Program-made: the position numbers and the translations under genes
Part shown: positions 53,617-64,000 of the stretch, in pieces
Layout: every line of letters starts with the position of its first letter
Numbering within the stretch: position 1 is the first letter of the stretch
Assembly (NCBI GenBank): GCA_028534125.1
Contig: CM052816.1
Location: 31,312,001 to 31,376,000 of the forward strand
DNA length: 64,000 bases
Source: Lama glama
Lineage: Eukaryota
Direction of reading: 5' to 3'
The notes under the pieces: model-generated
The model's database searches: none
Told to the model about the DNA's origin: nothing
The model's input: only the letters and a program-made list of their open reading frames with translations

Positions 53617-53947
53617 GTTTTACATTTTTTGAGGCATAGTTGATGTACATACAGTATTATATGAGTTTCAGTACAAGATAGTGGTTTATAATTTTTAAAG
53701 GTTGTATTCCATTTATAGTTACTGTAAAATGTTGGCTATATTCACTGTGCTGTACTATACATCCTTGTGGCTTATTTATTTTACACATAGTCGTTTGTAC
53801 CTCTAAATCCTCTACCCCTCTATCGCCCTGCCCTCCTTCCCTCTCCACACCGGTAACCACTAGTTGTTCTCTATCTGTGAGGCTGTTTCCTTTTTGTTAT
53901 ATTCACTAGTTTGTTTTACGTTTTAGATTCCACATTTGCGTGATATC
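53617..53947 (-). mobile_element. Nested L1 3' fragment
   Basis: Exact 15-bp TSD attatcatagtctat at 53602-53616 and 53948-53962. Confidence 0.9.
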
Positions 53948-55267
53948 ATTATCATAGTCTATTGGTGTCAGCATTTTATCAGTTCAAGTGAAGTGTAGAA
54001 AACTTACTTCCTTTTAAGTCCCTTTACTCTTTCCTATTGATAATATGTCAAATATTTCATCTGTAAATATTGAAAACCGTATTAGGCAATGCTGTAATTT
54101 TTGTTCTAGTGGTCAAACGTAATTTAGGAACTCAAGAGAAAAGTCTATTGGATTTTACCCACATTTTTACTGTTTTGTTGCTCTTTTTTCCTTCCCAATT
54201 TTCCAAGATTCCTTCCTCTATTATTTCTTTTCTGTTTCAAGAACTTCCTATAGCCATTTTTAAAGGCTAGTTCTGCTGGTGACAAATTATCTTAGTTTTC
54301 TCTCATCTGAGAGGATGTCTTGATTTCCCCTTCATTTCTGAAGGATATTTTTGCTGAGTATAGGATTCTGGGTTGATAGTCCTTTCAGTACTTGACAAAT
54401 GTTAGCCACTTCCTCCTGGCTCTCATGGCTTCTGATGAGAAATCTAGCATCAGGCAAATAGTTTTTCTCTTATCGGTGAGGTGTTGTTACTCTGGTTATT
54501 TCAAAGTTTTTCTTTGTTTTTAATTTTTAAAAGTTTGATAAAGATGTCTTGGTAGTGATTTCTTTAGATTTACCCTATTTGGAACTCATGTAGCTTCTTG
54601 AATATGTACATTTATGTCTCGTGCCAAATTTGGGAAAACTTTCAGCTTTTATTTCTTTGAGTGCTTATTTGTTCCCATCCTTTTTCTTCTCTCCTTCCAG
54701 GACTTCAGTGACACTAATGTTAGAGACATTTTGTTGTGGTCCCATACAACCCTGAGGCTGTGTTGATTTTTTTTTTCTAATTTACTTTCTCTCTGTGCAC
54801 ATGAGGTAATTTGTATTGTTATGTCTTCAAGTTCATGATACCTTCCTCTTTCCTCTTCATTGTACTGTTGAGCCCATCAATTGAGGCTTTATTTTGGTTA
54901 TTGTATCTTTCAGCTCTGAAATTTCCTTTTGGTTCTATTTTATGTTTTCTACTTTTGTCCATTCATCTTTTGATGGGACGCCCCCCCCCCCACCGTTTAT
55001 TTCTTCTTGTAAATTCTTGTAAATCTTCTTGAAGCAATTTTATGATAGCTGTTTTAAAATCCTTGTCAGATAATTCTAACATTTGTGTCATGTTAGAACT
55101 GGCATTTTTTATTTGTACTTTCTCATTCAAGTTGACATTTTCCTGGTTTTTTGTTATAAAGAATATTTTTTAAATTGTATCTGGACGCTTTGAGTATTAT
55201 GTTGTAAGACTCTGGATCTTATTTAAATCTTCTGAGCTTTTTTTGTTGTTGTGGTTTTTTGGTTTTG

Positions 55268-55606
55268 TTAGTGTTAGGATTAGGATTTAGGATTAGTGGT
55301 TAGGGTTAGGGTTAGTGTTAGGGTTTAGTGTTAGGGTTAGGGTTAGGGTTACTGTTTATTTTAATGTTTAACCCTAAACAGGGTTAGGGTTAGGGACAAG
55401 GTTAGGGATAGGGTTTAGGGTTAGAATTAGCATTAATGTTAGGGTTAGGGTTTAGGGTTAAGTTTAAGGTTTAGGGTTAGTGTTAGGCTTAAGGTTAGGG
55501 TTTATTGTTAGGGTTAGAGTTAGGGTTTAGGGTTAGGGTTAGTCTTAAGGTTTAGTGTTGGGGTTAGGATTAGGTTTAGGGTTAATGTTAGGGTTTAGGG
55601 TTAGCG
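55268..55606 (+). repeat. Interstitial telomeric repeat (TTAGGG)n, degenerate
   Basis: About 55 hexamer-equivalents: TTAGGG with TTAGTG, TTAGGA and TTTAGGG variants. Confidence 0.97.
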
Positions 55607-56516
55607 TTCTGAACTTTCTGTTTTGGCATGCCTCCTCTAACATAGTGGCAGGGGAAGATGAAGCTGCCTTGACACTGCCAGGTAGGATTAAAGGTCTAGG
55701 TTCCCAATTCAACCTCCTTTGATACCCCAGGAGGGGGGAAGGAACCTCATTACATCTGGGTGAGGGAGGAAATCTAAGCTCCCCACTGAAACTTTGCTGA
55801 CAGAAGTGGGGGTGGGGTTAGTTTTCCCCCATGATGTTTGCCTGGAGTTGGGTGTCTTTTGTCAGACATTTTCTGTCTTGCTAGGCTGACCTAGCTAAAG
55901 AGAACAGGCTTTTCTTGGTGCTTTTTGGTCTGTCTGTTGGTGTTTCTGAGTTCCAGGCTGTCCAGCACCGAGTCTGGAATATTTAAGGCAGAAGAAAATC
56001 CATAGAATTCACTGGCATGTTGTTTCTAAGGTTCCAGTGTCCCTAACTGCTTTATCTCCTTCTCTCAGCCTTTTGGAGTGTTCGTACATATGTTTTATAT
56101 ATGATGTACACACAGGGATTTGGCTATACCAGGAGGAAGGAATAGGGAGAAATGCATCTGCTCTAAATCTTTAACCCTTTTGATGCACCCTCAGGAGCCA
56201 AATATTTTGAAGTAACTGAACTTCAGAAAGTTCTGTAACCAAAGTGAGTATGTGGATTCCTGTGTCAGCCGGTTCCATCCACTATTCATGTACATTTGTG
56301 TTGTCATTTGTGACTGGGGATGCTAATTTAGAAGCAAATTTACATTGAGTGACTTACCTTGGTTTAATTTGCTTTTTCACATTGCATTCTGTCAGATTTC
56401 TTTTGGCCAAATTTCTTTCTTTTCCAAAATCATATGTAACTTTTTAGGCTAAGTTCCTAGTGTCTAACCTCCTGAGTGAATATTAACTTTTTTCCTTTTT
56501 GGTGAATTAATTTCAG

Positions 56517-56608
56517 AGAAGTTTGCTTTGGATGTAGAACTGAAATTGCTTCCTCTGATCTCAAGAACACTTCAAATATGGGCTCCATTAGTAGAGTTTA
56601 CCTGTGAG
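56517..56608 (+). pseudogene. Vinculin-like fossil, exon 3 (frameshifted): SLLWM / RTEIASSD / APLVEFTCE
   Basis: Acceptor atttcag|, donor GAG|gtgtgg; pieces resemble vinculin NLVRV-KETVQTTED-...AFIKVENACT. Confidence 0.45.
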
Positions 56609-57079
56609 GTGTGGTTGTTGAGTAAATTTCAGGGTGTTGCAAGTTCCTTTTCAAGGGGTCATAAGTCTTCCTGTCCATGATGTGAGTCCTGAAGTAAGGC
56701 AGCTTCAGGTTGAGGAGCTGGAACATGTGCCTGGATGGGGCCTCCAGAGTGATGACTTCGGCAGAAGGGATTAGGGAAGACCCCAGGTAAGACCCCAAGG
56801 AAGAGAAGGGTGTGCTGTAAGGGATAAGAGAGTGGAATGGTGTGATTGAAGCTCCAAAGGCTTTAGAAAGGAAACCATCAAAGGTGGCATATTTCTGAAA
56901 GTTAGTCAACATGAGTGACTTTGCCTATCACAGGGGAGAAAGCCAGATATTTTGTCCTGTATTATGATATCCAATGAACTGTCACAGGAATTACAAACTC
57001 AGATGTCTACAGGGACCAGGGTGGTGAAATAGTTATAAAAAAAATTTCTCTTTCTTCTTAGCTCTACCATAGTACAATC

Positions 57080-57365
57080 AATAACTGTAGCATGATTATA
57101 ATTAACAGGACCTTCCAATGGCTTCCCATCTCACCCAGTATATGACAAACTCGTTTCAATAGCCTACAGGACCCCACACCATCTCTACCCTATAATCGCT
57201 CTGATCTCATATCTTATATACTTACTCTGCTCGAAACAACAGTAGGTTTTGACTAAAGATATTGGGCAACCTCCCTTGCTCAGAGCTCCCCTGGGCTTTT
57301 GCCTGTGGCTAGACTGTTCTCCCCTGGGATAGACACATAGCTCAGTCTTTCACCACTTCAGGTGA
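57080..57365 (+). mobile_element. L2 fragment
   Basis: accttccaatggcttcccatctcacccagta...gggcttttgcctgtggct. Confidence 0.7.
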
Positions 57366-57836
57366 GTGGCCTAAAACAAAACATAGCTGCAAGCCTGGTC
57401 CAGCCTGGGGCAAGCCAGTCTGTCACAAATCCTGAGATTCTTTTTTTTTTTTTCTCTCCTCGGAAACCTATGTATCCAGTGGGTTTTTTGGCTATAGAGA
57501 CCCTTTGAGACGACCCCAGATATTGTATATTCACCATCCTTTTGTTGTGAAGCCGTGTGGAGACGTGTATAGGAGGCCATAATTTACGGCCTTGGTGTTG
57601 CTCCTCTGCCTAGGGATCCTTTGCAGAGGGGTCTACTGTAAGGGGTTGACCTTTCCATCGCAAGGTTGGGTTCTAGGGGTGGTGGGAGGGTATACTGGCA
57701 CATCTCTCATGGGCTGGAACTGGTGGATCAGTTGTTATAAGTCAACTTGGGGTGCTTCTATCTGGTTCCCCATGGTTCCACCAAACAAGTAGACAGAGTC
57801 AGACAGGCTTCTGTCATTTCTGTGTGTGTGGTCCAG

Positions 57837-58009
57837 CCGGTCCCTTGGCTGCTCCAGGCAGCCTCCTGACAAGGCCTTGCAGTGAGATTTCCAGGAAGGC
57901 AGGAATACAGAGATCCTTTGTTCTCTTTGACCTGAGGAGGAGGAAAAACTGCAGGACTGCTTTGGACCTTAAGCCCAGTGTATTTTTTAATCTTTCCTTT
58001 CTATCCAAG
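57837..58009 (+). pseudogene. Vinculin-like fossil, exon 4: WLLQAAS / LLTRPCSEISRKAGIQRSFVLFDLRRRKNCRTALDLKPSVFFNLSFLSK
   Basis: Acceptor tccag|, donor AAG|gtagag; resembles vinculin KLVQAAQMLQSDPYSVPAR...[31 protein letters not shown]. Confidence 0.6.
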
Positions 58010-58701
58010 GTAGAGAAAGGGGTAAGGAGGTCACTCCTGGCTCTGAAGTATAGTAGTATCCTCTGTGGTAGCTGCAAAAGGGAAACTCAATAGAAGAAGG
58101 TCAGTCTGGGCAAAGATAGGGGCTGTAGGCTTTGTGAGACCTTCGGTCCCTTGGCTGAGATGCTGGAGGGTATGGACCAGCAGTAGCGTGGGTCACGTGA
58201 GGAGGGATGCCCTCTGTGGTACTGGTCTGGGACATCACTGCAGGAGAGATGGCAAATGGGAGACTAACGTGGTAGCCAAGGAGGCTGGTTTCGGGGTGCC
58301 TGTGGGACGCCTCTTGCAGGCTCCTCAAACAATTTGGGATGAATTTGAAAGAGCTGGGTTTCTGCAGAGCAGATATGGACAGATCCAGAGAAATACTGTA
58401 TTGTTATCAGTACCCCACCTCTATCCTTTAAAAATGAAATAGCTTTAAATTTTTTTCTTTTATTGTAATAATAGTACCTGCTTATAAAAATTTCAGAAAA
58501 TTCATTAAAGTATGAAGAAGAACATAAAAGTCATTTGAACTCCCACTATGTAGAGATAACTTTTGAATAATAGCTTCCTGGATTTTTAAATATCCAAGGA
58601 GCCAGATAATATTAAATATATGTATATATACATTATTATATATACACACAAATACATGTGCATATGCAGTGCATACATGTATATGCATATACTTATCCAA
58701 T

Positions 58702-58729
58702 ACACACACACACACACACACACACACAC
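58702..58729. repeat. (AC)14 microsatellite
   Basis: Direct reading. Confidence 0.95.
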
Positions 58730-59839
58730 TTATCTAATGGTAATGAGAAAATCTTACTCTTTTACCTTCCTCTTGAAGCCAGATGTTGACTGGCACCAAA
58801 GTTTCCCAGGAATCAGGCAGGAGAAAGGCTGCAGAGCTACTGAGATGGGAGTCTAAGTGATGACCACCACTCTCCTTAAACCTTCAATAAACTCAGCAAA
58901 AACTCTCAGAAGGCTTACTGGGAATGGATTTGTTGTGAAGGGACTAAGTTTTACATCTGCATTTTATGAGGTGAAAAAAGACCAGTGGCCAGGGGTACAG
59001 AAGTGCAGAGACAGTTGGAAACATGGGGAAGTAAACCTTAAGGAAGGATGTTGAGCCCTTAGGCAAGGGCTCAAAGGCCTTGGAGTTGGTGTTAATCTAA
59101 TACAAGTTTCACCAGCTCCTCAAAGCCAGTTCAACCCTCGTGGGGACCTTAGCTACTATCTGGCTCATTTTCTCTCTCTCTCCATGGATATGTATGTATT
59201 AATACATATTTACATATATAAATATATTAGCACATATATATATAATTTTAAAGGAAGTTATGGTACAAGTTGTGTTGTGTGACATGCTTTAAAAAAAGAA
59301 ATTACACAAGTTGTGTAATGTGATTTTCTTTTACTTAATAGCATATCTTAAATAACATTCTGTATCAGCAAAAATATTTTTAATAGCAGCAGAATATTCT
59401 ACTATATGATTGGATCATAATATATTTAACTCTTCATGATTGAACATTTAGATTATTTCAGTTTTTCACTATTATAAACAATGCCACAGTAAATGTTTTG
59501 CATGCATATTGATTTATATTTTTATAATAATTTTCTAGGATAAACTTCTAGAAGTAGAAATGCAGGGTCCATTTTGAATATTTTGTGACACAAGTTACCA
59601 AAGTGTCCTTCAAAAAATGGTAGCAGTTATTCTCTCATTAATCCTAATGAGGGCTCATTTTCCTATATGCTTGCTGTCACTGGATATGGTGACTCTTACA
59701 TATTTTTGGCAATCTGTTAGCTAGTAAATTGTGAATCTTAAAAAAAATTGTTTCACCTATTTCTTTATAGCAAGGGTGTACTTCCTTCTTTTTGAATTGA
59801 GTAACTGTAGAAATGTGAATACTTTATCACATACATTTT

Positions 59840-60122
59840 TTTTAAATTGAAGTATAGCCAGCTTACAATGTGTCAGTTTCTGGTGCACAGCATAAAGTTT
59901 CAGTCGTACATACACATTCGTATGTTCCTTTTCATGTTCTTTTTTTGAGGGGGCAGGTAGTTGGATTTACTTATTTTATTTGTTTTCAGAGGGGGTCCTG
60001 GGGATTGAACCCAGGACCTTGTGCATGCTAAGCATGCGCTCTGCCACGTGAGCTATACCCTCCCCACCTTTCATACTCTTTTTCATTGTGAGTTACCACA
60101 AGACATTGAATATAGTTCCCTG
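59840..60122 (-). mobile_element. Nested L1 3' fragment
   Basis: Exact 15-bp TSD tatcacatacatttt at 59825-59839 and 60123-60137. Confidence 0.9.
59945..60066 (-). mobile_element. tRNA-derived SINE (Vic-1 type) inside the nested L1
   Basis: ggggattgaacccaggaccttgtgcatgctaagcatgcgctctgccacgtgagctataccctcccc; TSD cctt(t)tcat..tcttttt. Confidence 0.9.
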
Positions 60123-60513
60123 TATCACATACATTTTAAATACATTCTTCTAATTTTTTAATTATGGTTTTGACATTGTTTTATTGCATTTTTGGCAATA
60201 TAAAGGTTTTCTTTTTTCATTCTTGAGCATACTTACATATAATCTTGTGCTTCATGGTTCTGCCTTTGGTGTCATGCTATGGAGATGTTTATTTACCGTG
60301 TGCGTATAAAATGATTCACCTATTGCATATTCTTTTCTGATACTTTTATAGTTTGAAATTTTACTTAAATTTTTAAGCACATGTGACGTATTTTTTTCAT
60401 GAAAGTGTAAGGCAATGATTTAACTTTTTTTTTGCAAATAGATAGCCACTTGTCCTACATCATCATGCCCCTCTGATTTGAAATGTGTGATTTATGACAA
60501 CCTTTGGCCCCAG

Positions 60514-60698
60514 ACTGGTGGAGACTGAGCAATGTAAGAAGACATGTGGAACCTACTTGTCCATGGCTGATGCTATTCTTACCATGTTAAACTTCCGCAT
60601 TCAAGAGCTGCATTCCACACTAGCCCTGCACGAATATGTACTTGCTTGCTGTTTGTATTCTACCTTAGTGGCTTGCATGATTTTGAGCCTACTACCCA
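60514..60698 (+). pseudogene. Vinculin-like fossil, exon 5: LVETEQCKKTCGTYLSMADAILTMLNFRIQELHSTLALHEYVLACCLYSTLVACMILSLLP
   Basis: Open frame (ORF 60494..60715); ccccag| acceptor, CCA|gtgagt donor; resembles vinculin VVET...KMIDERQQELTH...VLISAMKIFV. Confidence 0.65.
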
Positions 60699-61399
60699 GT
60701 GAGTGTGTTCACTGAGCAGCCAGAAGGTCATGCCTGATTTTTCTTCTGAACACCAAACGGTTTTGGGATAAATCATCTGAAAATAAAAAATTACAATAGA
60801 GACCTACATGGTTTATCTACTCTAGGCTTAAAAAAAATTAACTTTCTGTCTCTTCCAAGCCTCAGAGAAGTTTCCTCTTTTGTACTAACTTGTGAAAGAC
60901 GATAAGCTGACAGCATCTTTTAAGGACACTATGTCTGCTCTTGCCAGCCAGCAGTTAAGACTTGCTCCTAAGCACCTTGGATCTGATTTTAGGCTGGCAG
61001 TTATAATGGCATTAGTCCATTAATCTGGGCTTCTGGGTCTGACATGTAGTGGTGAGTCCTCTTTGCTTAGATTTCAGTACTCTTGTTCTTAGTAATGTCA
61101 ACCACAAGGCTCCAGGGAAAAGGAGAGCCTTCCATCTGAAAACTCTTTACTAATGTGTTTTATTCAGTCACACTCTAAAATTGTTTACCCAGAAGCGAGG
61201 TACTGAATGAATCTTTTCAGAAAATGTAAACTTGTGATTTTACCCTACTTTATATTATAGTTATTTGTGTATTTAGCTCTCTTACTAAATTACATTCTCT
61301 TGGGGGCAGGCAGAGCTTTCGTCTTGGACAAATTTGTCTCCTCCTGCAGCACCTAGTGCAGAGCTGGGAACACAGAAAGGCAGTGTTCTTACACGGGCT

Positions 61400-61515
61400 T
61401 TAGCTTTTAGAACAGATGGGGCAACCCGTCTCCATCACCTATTAACTGTGTGACTGTAGGCAAGTTGCTTAACCTCTTGGAGCCTCAGTTACATACCTAC
61501 AAAATGGGGATCATA
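61400..61515 (+). mobile_element. MIR SINE
   Basis: actgtgtgactgtaggcaagttgcttaacctcttggagcctcagtt...aaaatgggga. Confidence 0.85.
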
Positions 61516-62685
61516 TTCTCTCTCTTTCCTCTTTTCCTTCCTTTCTTCCTTTAACAAACACTGAGCACCTACTCAGTGCCAGACCCCGGGGGATACAAGA
61601 TAAAATAATGAATAACAAAAGAATGGTCTTTGTTTTCCTGGAATTTCTTTTACGATTAAGCAGGATGACTAGAATGAGTATGATGGTGAAATAAAATGTG
61701 CGACAGCCGAGAGGAGGATTAGGATTGGTTAGATACTGTCCACTAAATGAGTGCTGTTAGGAGGAGGCAAAGGGAACGTGATTCCCTTTAAAAAGTCTGC
61801 TTGATTATCAGAGGAAGAGAAAGAGAAAAACAAAGAAGGAGATAGGAGAGGAATGAAAAGGAAATAGGAGATATGGCTGCAAATGAAAATTACAAAGAAG
61901 AAAAGCGGGAGGTGAAGTACAGGCAGGAATTTAAGCTGGTAGGTTAGCTGAGCTAGACCTAGAATATCCTCAGGATGTAAAACTGTCGCTAACTTGTAGC
62001 TAGAAATATGGTCAGCAAATCTCACAGCAAAACTTACTCATGGCTGAATCCTGTTAGTCTTCTTCCCTGTCCTTCTGGCTTAGAGTTAGTGACGGAATGT
62101 GAAAGGACAGGAAAACCAAGGGTAACTCGAGAGCTTGTGTGACTGGAGTAATAATGACACCATTCATAGAAACAGAAAAGTGAGGCATAGAAAGAGGTCT
62201 CGAATTTGGTTTAAAACCTAAGTTTCAAGCATGAGCCACCTGGTCCAGGTGGAGATAACTAATGGCTGATTGGAGGTTGGAATATGATTTGGGGAAAAAG
62301 GCCCTCTGGAAAGACACATTTGAAAAATGCAATAGAAGTCATGAAATTAGATCATTCCTGAGGGAAAGGACAGAGACAAAGATAAGACTCCAGGAAAATG
62401 GAGTCTCCTGTGGGAGAAGAGCCAAAGGAGTATTGTGTCAGTGAGCCCCAGAGAAGGGCGGGAGGTGACCAATGGTGTTAAATAATGCTGTTGAGGTTTG
62501 AAGTTGGGGACAAAGGGAAGAGCCATTTGATCTGAGGGTGAGGACCAATGGTGACTTTTAGGAATCATTTCAGTGAGGTGGAAGAAAGGGACATCAGCTG
62601 GTGAGGGATGAGTGAACAATCACACTGACTGGAGAGCCCTCAAGCTGGCATCCCCGCGGTGCTCATTAGAAATGCAGATTATTGG

Positions 62686-62768
62686 AGTGGGGAGCGTATG
62701 GCTCAGAGGTAGAGTGAGTGCACAAGGTCCTGGGTTCAAGCCCCCAATACCTCCCTTTAAAAAAGAAG
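62686..62768 (+). mobile_element. tRNA-derived SINE (Vic-1 type, internally shortened) inside a MER5-type element
   Basis: tggctcagaggtagag...aggtcctgggttcaagcccc; TSD g(a/g)aatg(c/t)agatt(a/c)ttgg. Confidence 0.85.
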
Positions 62769-63669
62769 GAATGTAGATTCTTGGGCCCTCACTGAATTGG
62801 AATGTGTTTGAACACTGCTCGCTACGTGATTCACATGCACCACAGTGTTTGAGATGCTGCAGGGGACGTATTCGGGGTGATTGGTAGGGAAAGAAAGTTG
62901 ATAGTAGCGTCCTGAGACAACAGCACAGTGTAAAGAAGGGCTTTTCAGAATAGGAGAGATGTGCACAGGGTTTTATTAAGAAAGAAAGGAATAGGAGGAG
63001 GGGAAGATGTTCAAAAGGAGATGACAGAGTTGATGAAAGAAAGTGGATGGAACCAGGACTCAGAAAAGAGAAACTTCTTCCTCTGTGGGAAGGAAGGAGG
63101 TGCAAGGAGTGGAGAGGGAGGTGCGGTCATGGAAGTGGAGAAAAGGTGGTTGTTTGCTCATGATGCACACACCACCTGGAGGACAGAGGCTGGCCTCGAT
63201 CGTCTAATCTTGGACCATCCTGAGACATTACTGCACCTTAGTAATGATTCATGAAAGGAAAACAGGTAAGCAGGGTGGGCCTCGGCAAAAGCAGATTGTC
63301 CAATGCTCTTGTGATTTCGGGGCACTGCAAAGAGACTCTTATCCCAAGTTATGACCTCAGTCTTTAAAAAAAATTAATTTCTCATTAAATGGCTTTATTG
63401 CATCTCAAGTAATGTTTTAAAATAATCTCTCCCTCTCATGTGGTTTTTTTTAAAGTAGAAGGTCATACTAAAATTAACTGTTCCTGCAGTTAATAGGAAT
63501 GTAGTATTCAAGCCGTGTACATGGGCCAGGAGTTATTTGCAAACTTGTTTTACAGGTAAAACAAAAAGAATGAAAAGGGATACAGGCTGGCTAGAAGAAG
63601 AACTCTGAAGGTTTTTTTTTTTTAATGGAAAAATTAAAATACGGTATCTTGTTTTTCCTTTTGCTTAAG

Positions 63670-63756
63670 TTCAGGTCTACTACGTAATTAGAACATATGT
63701 TTTGTCAGGATATCACAAGAAAACACTTGCAAAGCAGCTCTATTGATGGAATGCAT
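63670..63756 (+). pseudogene. Vinculin-like fossil, exon 6 (3' end uncertain): QVYYVIRTYVL / QDITRKHLQSSSIDG
   Basis: Polypyrimidine acceptor in phase with exon 5; resembles vinculin ALKNRNFTV...NEIIRVLQLTSWDE. Confidence 0.55.
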
Positions 63757-64000
63757 GTATCGAGAGGGTCTGAGGGTTAATAGAACAACATGCAGACCAG
63801 ATGCTGCTGCTTAATGTTTGATTTCCAGCAGAAAACTACAAAAACCTTTCCTTGTAAAAATGATTGGTATCCTTTGAAAAATTCGCTCAAGAGGAGAAAT
63901 ATGTCATAAGAATTTGTAAAGGGACAAATTCTTTCTTCCTTTGACCTTCTTTCCCTCATGCTTTTAAAATCAAAAGCAATCTTTTGAACCAGAGCTTTAT

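Larger units (their letters stand above)
53400..56180 (-). mobile_element. Old L1M 5'/ORF1 region hosting a younger L1 and the telomeric array
   Basis: cttcatttctgaaggatatttttgctgagtataggattctgggttgatag...gccaaatttgggaaaactttcagc. Confidence 0.8.
59250..60490 (-). mobile_element. Old L1M fragment (host of nested L1 and SINE)
   Basis: ttcagtttttcactattataaacaatgccacagtaaatg...ggataaacttctagaagtagaaatgcaggg. Confidence 0.75.

Noticed and set aside
55268..55606. Telomere-telomere fusion site or true chromosome end
   Set aside because: Essentially one orientation, only a 10-bp inversion, and host L1 continues on both sides.
62620..63105. Longest ORF in the track (161 aa)
   Set aside because: Runs through a SINE, a MER5-type element and pyrimidine-rich sequence; chance ORF.
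44534..63756. Intact protein-coding vinculin-like gene
   Set aside because: Joining exon 1 (phase 0) to exon 2, 3 or 4 meets a stop within about 11 codons, and homology needs several frameshifts.

Overview
Mammalian genomic DNA, very likely camelid: it carries five copies of a tRNA-derived SINE of the camelid Vic-1 type. Bases 1-10.6k hold intron 1 through the 3' UTR of CDO1 (cysteine dioxygenase 1) on the + strand. Exons 2-5 are intact with canonical GT-AG sites and all catalytic residues; exon 1 lies upstream of the window. The rest is repeat-rich (L1, L2, MIR, MaLR/ERV solo LTRs, hAT elements, microsatellites). The main non-obvious signal is six short, collinear, splice-site-bounded segments on the + strand (44534-63756). 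Their translations match, in order, residues ~1-255 of vinculin (head domain D1). They are broken by frameshifts and stops and preceded by a promoter-like CpG patch, so this looks like a decayed intron-containing vinculin/alpha-catenin-family gene running off the right end. That call rests on by-eye comparison with recalled sequences and needs an HMM/synteny test. Other highlights: an interstitial telomeric array with an apparent target-site duplication (TSD) and poly(T) tract, a young CpG-rich solo LTR with a perfect DR1 element, and a ~3.3 kb hAT transposase fossil. Repeat family names come from recognition of consensus-like sequence, not a database run; boundaries without a TSD are approximate.
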